DNA of 64,000 nt from the NCBI GenBank assembly GCA_964016885.1, contig OZ024742.1:126976001-127040000 (forward strand), read 5' to 3'. Position 1 is the stretch's first letter, and the number at the start of each line of letters is the position of its first letter. The translations under genes were made by a program, and so were the position numbers. The stretch is from Eledone cirrhosa. Lineage: Eukaryota. Below, piece after piece: positions 27,870 to 42,007 of the stretch. The notes beneath the pieces are model-generated. The model saw only the letters and a program-made list of their open reading frames with translations. It was not told the origin of the DNA and made no database searches.

Positions 27870-29270
27870 ATACGTTGCTCGGTCTTCCAAGGTTGTCTTC
27901 TTTCGCCTCTGGTGTATGTTGTGATTCTCCAGCCATTACTGTACAAAGTGGAGACGTTGCGTGGAGTCCGGCGCAAACTAGGATGCAAGAGATCCGTGTC
28001 AGCATATTCCGATGACGTCACCGTAGTGGTGTCGAACACCAAATACATCGAGGGGATCAGCATTACCTTGAGAGAGCGGGCCGGTTAAATTGCTCGGGAT
28101 CTTGTTCGTCTAGACCTTCAGATGGACAAAAACTGGGACGAGGTGACGAGCACGGTGGCCACCCTTATTCGCAAATGGGCTGAGACGAAATTATCCATTG
28201 CGTCCATTATCTACTATCGCATGACTGTCGGGCCTTGTCCTGGTCGAAGTCTGATTACACTGGAGTGTCTACTCATTCTCTTCTTGTGGAAGGGACGTCT
28301 TTCAAAGTTTAAGCGATCCATCTGCTTGCAACACCCACTGCGTTGAAGACTGGGCATGCCGTGGCTGATGATGTGCAAACATGCGCTGAGGTAGCGACAT
28401 CTCCAGCCTTTTCTTTACGGTGAACAAGTGTGATCGCCATTCACTAGACGCATTTTTAATCTGCTCGGCTTTGACAGAGCTGCAGTCCAGGGTCAAGAGA
28501 AGATAGAGAGGGAGTACTTGGAAACTGGAATGTCTTCAAGCGCTCACAACCCTCTGCCAACTGGACAGTACGATTGGTGGAAATTCAATCTTGGCGTATA
28601 AAGGGGGTTAGAGTCAGGCAAAAGCAACGACGTTCTTGGGGAGACTCTGGGCGTCAGCGAAAATCAACTAGCCACTCTTTTCCGGAAGACTTTTGGTCCA
28701 GGGTCATGGGTAACTTCCAAAAATCCCTGATCTGGCAGTGCTACCGGAGAGCATAATAAACTCCATAGGCATGGAAGTGTCATCAGCCAGGCCTACCCCA
28801 GATGGGTGTACTGCGACGATACCATCCTAGACGCACACGTCGAGTGTCCGAGATTTCCTGACTTGTAGGTTTATGTCGAATACCTGTTGTCACGTGTAGA
28901 AGAGCTCAGCTGAATCCATCGGGAAAAGCGCCATTTCATCTTCATTTAGCCAGGAAGGAAATTTTTATCAGTATGGAGGCCATGGCGAAATAGGTCATGT
29001 GGAGGATGCTTTTGAAAGGATTGAGGACAAGCATAAACGAGCCTGCTCTGAGTATACGACTGTAGATTTGGAGGACAACGGCGAGGAGGCACTTACCCTA
29101 GCGGTCAGGGTGACCATGGCTTTTCTCCACGAGTGACCCTTGGAAGTCTCCTCTATTGGGGAATTTGTTTTTGTTTGGATATTTTACTGATTTCTTTGTT
29201 TCCTTATAATTTCTTTAAACCCACACTGTATCGTCCAGTGACGTCCTTATTGTGTTCTTAGTATGAGCCC
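27870..29270 (+). pseudogene. Tx1/L1-clade LINE ORF2 fragment (RT to zinc finger, 3' UTR), heavily degenerate
   Basis: Frames give QGCLLSP, AYSDD, 'DKNWDEVT..KWAE', 'MGNFQKSLIWQCYR', homologous to the 45.4-49.0 kb and 50.0-51.2 kb copies; many frameshifts. Confidence 0.88.
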
Positions 29271-29830
29271 TCTAGCGGTGGATTGACAGTAATAGTAGAA
29301 CATCGGACATGCTTTGCGGCATATATTTACGGCCCTTTACGTAATGATTTCAAATCCCACCTCGGTAAAAAAAAGTACCACTAACACACAGGGGTTGATT
29401 TAATAGACTTTCGTTTTCGACCCAAATTGCTAGCCTTGTGCTAAATGTAGGAACTGGTATTATTGTTATTGATAGGTCAAATTCTATTGGTTAAAGCTGT
29501 TAACTTGCTTTTACAACTGCCGCTTTATGATATTACTGCTATTACTACTGCTGCTTCTGACTCATAACATCTTTCCCATGCCGTCTCGCCCTTTACTTTT
29601 ATGTATGTTGGTGTGTGGTTGTACTTTCGTGTATGTGAGTTTGTGTGTGGTTGTTCTTTCGTGTATGTGAGTTTGTGAGTGTGTCGTACGGTATCAGGTG
29701 TTCGTTATTATTTGCAGTGCTTTCAATAAGTTAGTATTGTGTTCTTTAAATACAGGCATGTATGTACTTCTGTACACCCAAAATTAAGAAGTCATCCATT
29801 TTCTAACTCAACTCTACCTTGCACACCTTC

Positions 29831-30014
29831 GGATTGGCAGTATCGGTAGAGGGCCGGACGCCATGCTTTGCAGAACAGTTACGTCCCTTTACGGACTGAG
29901 TTCAAATCCCGCCGAGGTTAACTTTGCCTTTCATCCTTACGGGGTCGATAAAATAAAGTACCAGTAATACACTGGGATAATTGCTGGCCTTGTGCCAAAA
30001 GTAGAAACAATTAT
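29831..30014 (+). mobile_element. SINE family A (young)
   Basis: A-box TGGCAGTATCGG, B-box GTTCAAATCC, core and 'gtagaaacaattat' tail. Confidence 0.93.
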
Positions 30015-30227
30015 AAACACACACACGCGTGCGCGCGCGTTTAGCTATAATGATTATATATAATAAACACACAAGCTTACATTTTACCTACCTCAATGGA
30101 CAAAGCGATTTTACGTAATCGTAACATATATATATAGAGCCGCCGAATTGACAGAGTGGTTAGAAGGTAGCATTGAAGAACATATATACATATATACACA
30201 CACACATATATATATATAGTAAAGAGG

Positions 30228-30380
30228 GTGTGATAAGATACCAGGTGGAGCATAACGCACCAGAGTACTCAATACTTAAGGTAGTAGAGTGGGTAATAGG
30301 AAAAGAGCCAGGACCCGCCGGCTGAGCTCCGGCCGTTTCAACAGCTAGATCCAAAAAGTTCGGGGTCCTGACTCTTTTCC
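30228..30380 (-). mobile_element. Repeat family Y with inverted ends
   Basis: 'ggaaaagagccaggaccc' (30299) and 'gggtcctgactcttttcc' (ends 30380) are inverted; (TA)n on both sides. Confidence 0.8.
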
Positions 30381-30391
30381 TATATATATAT

Positions 30392-30807
30392 AATCACCGG
30401 GAGAGATGACCCCTTAGCCTTTGTCAAGGCAGAATTCTAGGAGAAGGAAAACTCTGATATAACACCTGCAACCCTGATGGTATCCAATGATGCTGACTTG
30501 TTCTTCTTTTTGGTAAATATCATCTTGGTTAAGAGAGTGGGACTGGCTTTGTACAGTGCCTTTGCTCACTATAAAAGCTTCACGGCACAGGCATTGCTTT
30601 ATATCTGGAGATCTCTCTGCACTTGTCGTCACATGGTACCATGGGCCCAGCACGATGTGTCAATATTTGTCACAAGTGCAGTGTTTGTACCAGAGTTTTC
30701 AAGTCGCTGGCTGGACTAAAAAGTCGCACTCGTTTAGCGCATCGGTCGGGGTTCTCCTACATGGATATAAAGTAGTGGCCATACTCGAAAACGAGTTGGC
30801 AGCCACC
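30392..30807 (+). mobile_element. Repeat family Z (~450 bp, RTE 5'-UTR-like)
   Basis: Near-identical inverted copy at 35834-36290; contains 'tctaggagaaggaaaactctga', a motif recalled from RTE 5' regions; embedded in (TA)n. Confidence 0.8.
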
Positions 30808-30831
30808 ATATATATATATAGATACATACAG

Positions 30832-30873
<42 letters not shown>

Positions 30874-31090
30874 TGAGAGAGAGAGATTAAAAGTTAAAAT
30901 TAAATGCTCGCGTGTGTACAAACAGCTGCACCAGGAACACCTATACATTTGAAAATAGACATGCAAGTACGAGCGTATATTCCGTAGATCGCATAGAAAA
31001 ATCAAGATCAGAGATAAGACATTAATAAATAGTAACAAGTGTGTGTGTGTGTGTGTGTGTGCGTGTGCGTGTGCGTGTGCGTGCGCGCGC

Positions 31091-31156
<66 letters not shown>

Positions 31157-31645
31157 TGGTGGCGGTGTGTGTGTGTGTGTGTGTGATGGTGGCGGTGTGT
31201 GGATGTTGGCGGTGATGGTGGTCGTAGATTAGTTAATGAGTGAACTGAAAGAAACATGAATGGGGTGAGGTGTTGTTACAAGATGGATACGGAGACGTGA
31301 AATTGGCAGATTATCATCAAAAGACAGAGAGTGCTAGAAACATTGTATGTGTGTGTGTTTGTGTAGAGCGAGAGGAAGAGATCTGTAGAGAGTGAACTAG
31401 ATCAGTAGAGAGAGAAATGTAGATGCACAGAGAGAGAGAGAGAGATGCAGACGGATTAGTTTCTTATAAGGTGGACTTTCAATATAAACATGAAATAAAC
31501 TATAATGTTTATGTATATATATATATATATATATACATACACCCCCTGCTCTCACCAAGCGTGAAGCTAATAACACCATGTACCATTTACTCCTGTGTTT
31601 GTCTGTTTGTCATTTTGAACTACATATATATATATATATTTATAA

Positions 31646-31725
31646 ACATGGTGTCCCAGAAAATGTATATACACTTCAACAGCTTTCTAATAAAAGAGTG
31701 CATTCATTTTTTGGGACACTCTGTA
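31646..31725. mobile_element. Tc1/mariner-type mini-MITE (~80 bp)
   Basis: TIRs 'catggtgtcccagaaaatg' / 'cattttttgggacactctg'+TA; sibling at 57439-57520, half-copy at 19596-19622. Confidence 0.65.
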
Positions 31726-32139
31726 TATATCAATGTCAAACGACAACGAACAATAATACAACGACGCCGAAGTAGGGCAATAATAAAGAGAAGATAAATA
31801 AATAAAGGTTTAGTAGAGGAATAATGGATACAACAAATGTAAGAAAACCAGTTGAATAAGAAAACACAATGAACAACAAAAGAGAACAAAGATTAGACTG
31901 GTTGTTGTAAGGAGATCAAATTGTAAGTTAGGTGGGTTGGTTAAATATGATAGCCTGTGACGTAGATAACCAAGACAAGCCCCTGTTAAAAACACCTAGA
32001 AAATATTCACAATATTCATCAAGTAATTACAAAACTCATTGAAGACGAAAGATTTCTGTTGGTATGCATGTTGTATAACTTATACACATGCAGACACGTA
32101 TAACAATGAATTGTATTTTCTATAATTGAATGTGTATGC

Positions 32140-32198
<59 letters not shown>

Positions 32199-32200
<2 letters not shown>

Positions 32201-32358
32201 AAAAGAGTCAGGGCCCCGGCGGCTGAGCTCCGAACGGATCTAGCTGTCGAAACGGCCGCAGCTCAGACTCTTTTCCTATTACCCAGTCTACTACCCAAAG
32301 TATCGAGTACTCTGGTGCGTTATGGTCTACCTGGTTTCTTACCACTCTTTCGTTGTTA
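32199..32358 (+). mobile_element. Repeat family Y with inverted ends
   Basis: 'ggaaaagagtc' 32199-32209 inverted with 'gactcttttcc' 32266-32276; tail shared with 30228-30298. Confidence 0.8.
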
Positions 32359-32361
32359 TAT

Positions 32362-32438
<77 letters not shown>

Positions 32439-32500
32439 AGAGAGGGGGGGGGGAGTTTATTTATGTGTACGTTGATGTCACCTGTCATTAAGAAGACAAC

Positions 32501-32587
32501 GAGTCTGGTGAGCTAGCGATTCCAGAGTAGGGCAGAATCGATACTAATTGTACCTCGAGCCGATCCATCGCGAAACGCGCGTCACTC
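32501..32587 (+). ncRNA. Type I hammerhead ribozyme, degenerate core
   Basis: Stem I gagt/actc; core CTGGTGA (A6G); GAAAC-GCGC-GTC with palindromic stem III (acgcgcgt) and GUC triplet; AATAAA at 32595. Confidence 0.6.
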
Positions 32588-32628
32588 ACACGTGAATAAA
32601 CCTAATGATGTTATTTCATTCCTACCCA

Positions 32629-32682
<54 letters not shown>

Positions 32683-32995
32683 ATGTACGTTAGTTTATGC
32701 ATAATAAACTACATATAAATCTCGCTGTGGGTGTATGATGCTGTGTATGTATATATATAATAGTATGATCAGCATGAATGAGTATTAAAGACAATGCCAA
32801 AGAATTGGTGCAGTCGATAGCTAACGGAAAGTGAATTAAAATACAGATTTCTGGTAGAGGTAATAAACTAATTGTAATATATATATATATATATGCATAT
32901 ATATATATGTAACATATTTTGGGAGGAATTCATGCTGGTCATTAAATCGGTACTACTACTTAGCTACTGGTACATATATCATATTATTATTTCTA

Positions 32996-33101
32996 CCCGC
33001 CGAGGTTAACTTTGCCTTTCATCCTTACGGGGTCGATAAAAAAAAAGTATCAGTAATGCACTGGGTAATTGCTGGCCTTGTGCCAAAAGTAGAAACAATT
33101 A
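32996..33101 (+). mobile_element. 5'-truncated SINE family A
   Basis: Core and tail match. Confidence 0.88.
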
Positions 33102-33545
33102 TTTCTAGAAGGATCACAGATAAATGATACCTCCGAGCAGGATTTATACTGGCACTGTAAAGGGGAATAACTAAAAACAATAAATAAACGACATAAAACA
33201 TGCCTGTCGCTCAACGAGTTATACTATGGAACCATGAAATAAGGTACACACCGTCATAAAACATGCAGTTGAAATAAGAGAAAGGAATGTGTTAATGAGA
33301 GTACGGTAATGTTGTAGCTATAGAACACTAAATACTGCAGAGAATAACAGCGAACATGTAATGTAATCAAAGAACGTAGCGAACAAGTTAGTCGTAGTAG
33401 TAGTAGTAGTAGTAGTAATAGTAGTAGTAGTAGTAGTAGTAGTCAAATCTATGATCTAGTTCCTGATCACACAGTACGTATTTGTCTGTCTTATACAAAT
33501 TTTATACAGACACTATAGTGTATATATCAAAATTTACATGCACAC

Positions 33546-33580
<35 letters not shown>

Positions 33581-33887
33581 CTATATCTATATTTATACAT
33601 ACACACATTAGCGTGTGTATATGCATGCTATATAATATGTACCTCTGAATGTATACACTATAGTGTGTGGGTGTATATGTTTACACACTAAATGCCGTTT
33701 ATGCCTCTATAGCCTGGGCTTCCTGTAAATACATAAACATGTAGAATATATCTATGTTTATGTACACAAACACACTATATCGTATGTTCTGTATTAATGC
33801 ATATTATAGCATGTACCTCCGTAGTAATACAGAAATACTAGAGTGTGTAGAAATACAGAAATACTATAGCGTGTAGCTGTATACTAA

Positions 33888-34076
33888 TTAATTGTTTCTA
33901 CTTTAGGCACAAGGCCAGCAATTCACCAGTGTATTACTGGTACTTTATTTTATCGACCCCGTCAGGATGAAAGGCAAAGTCAACCTCGGCGGGATTTGAA
34001 CTCAGATCGTAAAGGGACGTAACTATACTGGAAAGCATGGCGTCCGACCCTCTACCGATACTGCTAAAATCCACCG
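33888..34076 (-). mobile_element. SINE family A (young)
   Basis: Near-identical to 52549-52730. Confidence 0.92.
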
Positions 34077-34335
34077 TGTATTTGTGTTTACACACAATGC
34101 AGTGTGTGCCTTTCTATGTATATATACATATTATAGTGCGTTCCTCTATACAGACATCGATACATATCTTCAGCTTCGTAGCAAAAAAACATTATGGTTA
34201 CAATCCCCCACTCCCACACATATAATATCGACAGTCGATCGACTCTCGTCAAATCGGACCGAGGAGACAGTGTTTCCATTGGTCTTTCCAATTGCTAATA
34301 CTATCTATCGGTTGAAAATTCAAGTAGAAGGTGCA

Positions 34336-34450
34336 ACATGAAATAAATTGTCTTGCTCAAGGACATAACGCATCGCCCGGTCCGGGAATCGAACAGACAA
34401 CCTCAGGTTTGTGAATCCAATTCTCTAACCACTTAGCCACACACCTTCAC
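34336..34450 (-). mobile_element. SINE family B head
   Basis: Minus strand reads 'tgaaggtgtgtggctaagtggttagag..gttcgattcccggaccgggcgatgcgttatgtccttgagcaagaca'. Confidence 0.85.
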
Positions 34451-34683
<233 letters not shown>

Positions 34684-34879
34684 AGGTTTGTGAATCCAAT
34701 TCTCTAACCATTTAGCCACACACCTTCAGATATAAACATATATATATACACATATACATACACATATATGTACATATATATATATAAACATATATATACA
34801 TACACATATATATATAAACATATAAATATACATATATATATAAACATATATATATATACATAAACACACATATATATAC

Positions 34880-35452
34880 AGCTGCTGGAATTAGTTGAGG
34901 AGAGGACTTCCTGTATTTGGGGGGCAAAGATTGGGAATACGGAAGATGATGTGGTTGAGAGGAAGAGCAAAGCCTGGGCGGCGTGCCACAGTTTTAGATC
35001 GGTGTGAAAGTCGTACCTTAATGAAGATCCGCCTCTTCATTGCTGTAGTGGAGTCTGAGACTTGGACACTGACCAAGAAACTCACTCAGATGGTGGGTGG
35101 CTGCTACACGAGAATGCTGAGGATGGCTCTGAACATTAATCAGTATACACTGAGGAGGAAGAACTCAGAGCTGTACGGGAGACTCCCAAAAGTCAGCTCA
35201 AAAGTGACACAGAGGAGACTGAGGTTAGCTGGACATGCTCAACGACATCCAGAGTTAACATTCCACTCAGTGCCCCCGTGGGAGCCCCTACATGGGCACA
35301 CTGGAAGAAGAAGACCAAGGTTAACGTATGTTGATGCCCTAAGGACAGGCACTGGTCTGTTGGAGACGCAGAACATGACCAGCGATAATGAAGGACAGAG
35401 ACCGCTGGAGAGAACTCGTCCATGGATCTCGGGAATTTTACCCGCCCTGGAT
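34880..35452 (+). pseudogene. RTE/RTEX-clade LINE 3' fragment
   Basis: ORF 34895-35458 contains '[60 protein letters not shown]', typical of the RTE RT C-terminus; ends in (ATAG)n. Confidence 0.88.
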
Positions 35453-35643
35453 AGATAGATACATATATATACAAACACATATATATAAACACATATATAT
35501 AAACACATATATATACACACATATATATAAACATATATATATACATACATATATATAAACATATATATATATATACATATATATATACGTATGTATGTAT
35601 ATATACATACATATATATATATATATACATATACGTATGTATG

Positions 35644-35675
<32 letters not shown>

Positions 35676-35833
35676 CATACATATATATATATATACATAC
35701 ATATATATATATATAGATACATATATATATATAGACATACATACATATATCCATACAGACATATATATACATACATATATACACATACATACATATATAT
35801 ACATACATATACATACATATATATATATACATA

Positions 35834-36290
35834 CATGGTGGCTGCCAACTCGTTTTCGAGTACGGCCACTACTTTATATGCATGTAGGAGAACCCCTACC
35901 GATACGCTGAACGAGTGTGACGTTTTAGTCCAGCCAGCGACTTGAAAACTCTGGTACAAACACTACACTTGTGACAATTATTGACACATAGTGCTGGGCC
36001 CATGGTACCATGTGACGACAAGTGCAGAGAGATCTCCAGATATAAAGCAATGCCTGTGCCGTGAAGCTTTTATAGTGAGCAAAGGCACTGCACAAAGCCA
36101 GTCCCACTCTTTTAACCAAGATGATATCTACCAAAAAGAAGAACAAGTCAACATCATTGGATACCATCAGAGTTGCAGGTGTTATATCAGAGTTTTCCTT
36201 CTCCTAGAATTCTGCCTTGACAAAAGCTAAGGGGTCATCTCTCCTGGTGATTTTGGATGGCCATTGATTCTTAAGAGCTCCTTTGGCCTT
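35834..36290 (-). mobile_element. Repeat family Z, copy 2
   Basis: Reverse complement of 30392-30807 with the same 3' breakpoint 'ggcagccaccat'. Confidence 0.82.
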
Positions 36291-36532
36291 TGTATGTATG
36301 TATATATATATGTATGTATATATATATATATACATACATACATATATATATATACATACATATATATATACATACATATATATATATATACATACATATA
36401 TATATATACATACATATATATATATACATACATATATATATATACATACATATATATATACATACATATATATATATACATACATATATATATATACATA
36501 CATATATATATATACATATATATATATACATA

Positions 36533-36587
<55 letters not shown>

Positions 36588-36765
36588 ACATACATACATA
36601 TATATATATACATACATATATATATACATACATATATATATATACATACATATATATATACATACATATATATATACATACATATATATATACATACATA
36701 TATATATACATACATATATACATATATACATACATACATATATATATACATATATACATATATAC

Positions 36766-36799
<34 letters not shown>

Positions 36800-36805
36800 A
36801 CATAC

Positions 36806-36842
<37 letters not shown>

Positions 36843-36883
36843 CATATAAATATATATACATATATATATATACATATATATAC

Positions 36884-36916
<33 letters not shown>

Positions 36917-37548
36917 AAGTAAGTAAGTAAAAAATTTAAAAAAAAATTTTTTTTTAAAAAGATTTTCTCATTTTACGTCTTTTATATTATTGTTCTGCAT
37001 CCTCCTGCATTGAACCACCTAGGTACTATGACATAACCTGTGTATTTGCTGGCATAGGCGTGCATCTGTGCGCTTATGTTAGTTGATATATTAAATTATC
37101 TATATTTATCTCCAAATCACTGATTTGTCGAGCAAACCTGCCAAAACCACTTCTAAAAAAATTTTTTTTGGGGGGGTGTTAGTAGGCGTCAGTCATCTTA
37201 CCATCCCATTCCTACTGACTAGTCTCTGTGTCACGTGATTGATTCTTTAGAATCGGCCATTTGACTAGAAACAGTGAGGATTTCAGTGCATGGAATTTAG
37301 TCCTCGCTAGCTATTCCATCTACCGAATTATTATTATTTTTACATGAGCCGCCAGTGTCCGCGCATTGCCTGGAGACTTAGCTGAGAATAGACTCCCTGA
37401 TGACGCAATGAATTCTCGACAGTTAGATTACGTAACTGTCTTTATCCCATTGCAGAAACTAATTAGTTGGAGTGAAAATTTAAGTAAGTAAAAAATTAAG
37501 AAAAAAAAATTTTTTTTTTAAAGATTTTCTTATTTTACGTCTTTTATA
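36917..37548 (+). mobile_element. Non-autonomous hammerhead-bearing element with terminal direct repeats (retrozyme/PLE pLTR-like)
   Basis: ~65-bp direct repeat 'aagtaagtaaaaaa..gattttct..ttttacgtcttttata' at 36921-36986 and 37482-37548; hammerhead just before the 3' repeat; flanked by TA tracts. Confidence 0.8.
37392..37473 (+). ncRNA. Type I hammerhead ribozyme with extended stem II
   Basis: Stem I actcc/ggagt; CTGATGA 37397-37403; stem II gcaatg/cattgc enclosing hairpin gacagtta/taactgtc; GAAAC-TAATTA-GTT with palindrome aactaattagtt; predicted cut after 37468. Confidence 0.82.
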
Positions 37549-37554
37549 TACATA

Positions 37555-37604
<50 letters not shown>

Positions 37605-37605
37605 C

Positions 37606-37734
<129 letters not shown>

Positions 37735-38017
37735 CATATGTATATATATATACATATACATATATATATATATATACATATATATATACATATATATATA
37801 TACATATATATATACATATATATATATACATACATATATATATATATATACATACATATATATATACATACATATATATATATATACATATATATATATA
37901 CATATATATATATACATATATATATACATATATATATATACATACATATATATATATATATATACATATATACATACATATATATATACATACATATATA
38001 TATACATATATATATAT

Positions 38018-38060
38018 ACGGTGCTGACGATAGCTAATAAGCTTGAAACTAGTACATCGT
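38018..38060 (+). ncRNA. Minimal type I hammerhead ribozyme
   Basis: Stem I acggtg/catcgt; CTGACGA; stem II agct/agct with aata loop; GAAAC-TA-GTA (palindrome actagt); predicted cut after 38054. Confidence 0.8.
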
Positions 38061-38334
38061 TCCTGTGTCAGTGTTGAACAAAAAGGTGACGTGGTTGCCT
38101 AAACACCGTACGGCGTAATTCAGGCTGTTTGCTTGTTTACAAAATGAAAACACACACACACATAGAGCAAACAACCAACCAGTAACATGTAAATAAACAA
38201 ATAAATAAACAAATATAAACACACACAGACAACCGGATGTAACACATGCGCAAACTAAACACACAAAACACACAAAAACAAGATGGCGTAGGACAGAACA
38301 AAGGAGAGGCACAAAAACAAAGAAAAGAATCCCA

Positions 38335-38377
38335 GTCACTGAAGAGGCCACAGAATGTGTGACGAAAGAACTTTGAC
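38335..38377 (+). ncRNA. Minimal type I hammerhead ribozyme
   Basis: gtca CTGAAGA g gccaca..tgtgac GAAA g-aa-c TT tgac; one stem II mismatch relative to the 39727 copy. Confidence 0.7.
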
Positions 38378-38529
38378 AATATATGAACAATCGTCTGGTT
38401 GTGGAACCAATCAACCAACCGGAAATTTATAAATTCCTAAATTTATAAATTTAATTTATAATAAATTGAAGTGAAAGCAACTGGTGCGTGTATTTCTTAT
38501 TGGCAACATGACCTTCCAAAATCATAACA

Positions 38530-38633
<104 letters not shown>

Positions 38634-38669
38634 TACATATATATATACATATACATATAATATATATAC

Positions 38670-38732
<63 letters not shown>

Positions 38733-39335
38733 TATATAATATATATACATATATATATACATATACATATAATATATATACATATATATATATACATATA
38801 TATATATACATATATATATATACATATATATATATACATATATATATACATATATATATACACATATATACATATACATATATATATATACATATATATA
38901 TAATATATATACATATATATATACATATACATATAATATATATACATATATATATACATATATACATATATATATACATATATACATATATATATACATA
39001 TATATATACATATATACATATATATATACATATATATGCATATACATATATATATATATATATATATACATATATATACGTATATATATATATACATATA
39101 TACGTATATATACGTATATATATATATACATATATACGTATATATATATATACATATATATATATACATATATACGTATATATATATATACATATATATA
39201 TATACACGTATATATATATATACATATATATATATACATATATACATATATATATATATACATATATATATATACGTATATATATATATATATATATATA
39301 TATACGTATATATATATATATATATATATATATAC

Positions 39336-39385
<50 letters not shown>

Positions 39386-39544
39386 GTATATATATACATA
39401 TATATATATATTGTTATACTTTGGGAGGGTCATGTTGCCAATAAGAAACACACGCACCAGTTGCTTTCAGTTCAATTTATTATAATAAATTTATAAATTT
39501 CTGGTTGGTTGGTTGGTTCCACAACCAGATAGTTGTTTATATAT

Positions 39545-39589
39545 AGTCATAGTTCTTTCGTCACACACTCTGTGACCTCTTCAGTGACT
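39545..39589 (-). ncRNA. Minimal type I hammerhead ribozyme
   Basis: Reverse complement of the 39727-39771 motif. Confidence 0.78.
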
Positions 39590-39726
39590 GGGAATTCCTT
39601 TCTTTGTTTCTGTGCCTCTCCTTTGTTCTGTCCTACGCCATTTTGTTTCTGTATCTGACACACACAGAAACAAAATGACGTAGGACAGAACAAAGGAGAG
39701 GCACAGAAACAAAGAAAGGAATCCCC

Positions 39727-39771
39727 AGTCACTGAAGAGGTCACAGAGTGTGTGACGAAAGAACTATGACT
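39727..39771 (+). ncRNA. Minimal type I hammerhead ribozyme
   Basis: agtca CTGAAGA g gtcaca-gagtg-tgtgac GAAA g-aa-c TA tgact; perfect stems I and II; CUA triplet. Confidence 0.78.
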
Positions 39772-40019
39772 ATATATAAGCAACTATCTGGTTGTGGAAC
39801 CAACCAACCAACCAGAAATTTATAAAATTATAAATTTATTATAAATTTATTATAATAAATTGAAGTGAAAGCAACTTGTGCGTGTGTTTCTTATTGGCAA
39901 CATGACCCTCCCAAAGTATAACAATATCGGTTTCAACACACGATTTCAGATAAAGAATCTTGCTAAACAAATTCAGAAACGATATATATATATACGTATA
40001 TATATACATATATATATAC

Positions 40020-40105
<86 letters not shown>

Positions 40106-40174
40106 GTGAAGGCGTGTGGCTGAGTGGTTAGAGAGTCGGATTCGCAATCGTGAGGTTGTGAGTTATATTTATAC

Positions 40175-40251
<77 letters not shown>

Positions 40252-40296
40252 TACATATATATACATATATATATATACATATATACATATATATAC

Positions 40297-40331
<35 letters not shown>

Positions 40332-40956
40332 CATATATACATATATATACATATATATATATACATATATACATATATATACATATATATATATACATAT
40401 ATACATATATATACATATATATACATATATATACATATATATACATATATATACATATATATACATACATATATACATATATATACATATATATACATAT
40501 ATATACATATATACATATATATATATATATACATATATATATACATATATATATATATACATATATATATACATATATATATACAAATATATATATATAC
40601 ATATATATATACATATATATATATACATATATATATATATACATATATATACATATATATATACATATATATATACATATATACATACATATATACATAC
40701 ATATATATATACATATATATATATATACATACATATATACATACATATATATATACATATACATATATATATATATACATATATACATATATATATATAC
40801 ATATATATATACACACATATATATATATACATATATATATACACATATATATATATACATATATACATATATACACATATATATATATATACATATATAT
40901 ATACACATATATATATATGCATATATACATATATACATATATACATATATATATAC

Positions 40957-40987
<31 letters not shown>

Positions 40988-41212
40988 CACATATATATAT
41001 ATACATATACACATATATATATATATATATATATACATATACACATATATATATAGATACATATATATATACATATATATATATATATAGATACATATAT
41101 ATATACATATATATATATATAGATACATATATATATATACATATATATAGATACATATATATATATACATATATATAGATACATATATATATATACATAT
41201 ATATATATATAC

Positions 41213-41257
<45 letters not shown>

Positions 41258-41258
41258 C

Positions 41259-41303
<45 letters not shown>

Positions 41304-41439
41304 CATATATATATATACATATATATATATACATATATATATATACATATATATATATACATATATATATATATACATATATACAATATATATATATACA
41401 TATATATATATACATATATATATATATACATATATACAA

Positions 41440-41473
<34 letters not shown>

Positions 41474-41594
41474 CATACATATATATATACATATATATAT
41501 ATACATATATATATACATATATATATACATATATATATATACATATATATATACATATATATACATGTATATATATATATACATATATATATAC

Positions 41595-41629
<35 letters not shown>

Positions 41630-41654
41630 CATATATATATACATATATATATAC

Positions 41655-41915
<261 letters not shown>

Positions 41916-41958
41916 GATATATATATACATATATATATATATATAGATATATATATAC

Positions 41959-42007
<49 letters not shown>

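Larger units (their letters stand above)
39408..39980. mobile_element. Imperfect fold-back (inverted pLTR-like) element
   Basis: Arms 39408-39652 and 39664-39927 are reverse complements with scattered mismatches and an indel. Confidence 0.85.

Noticed and set aside
29831-29915. tRNA gene from the A/B boxes (also 14937 and other copies)
   Set aside because: These are SINE heads continuing into core and tail; no complete cloverleaf was seen.
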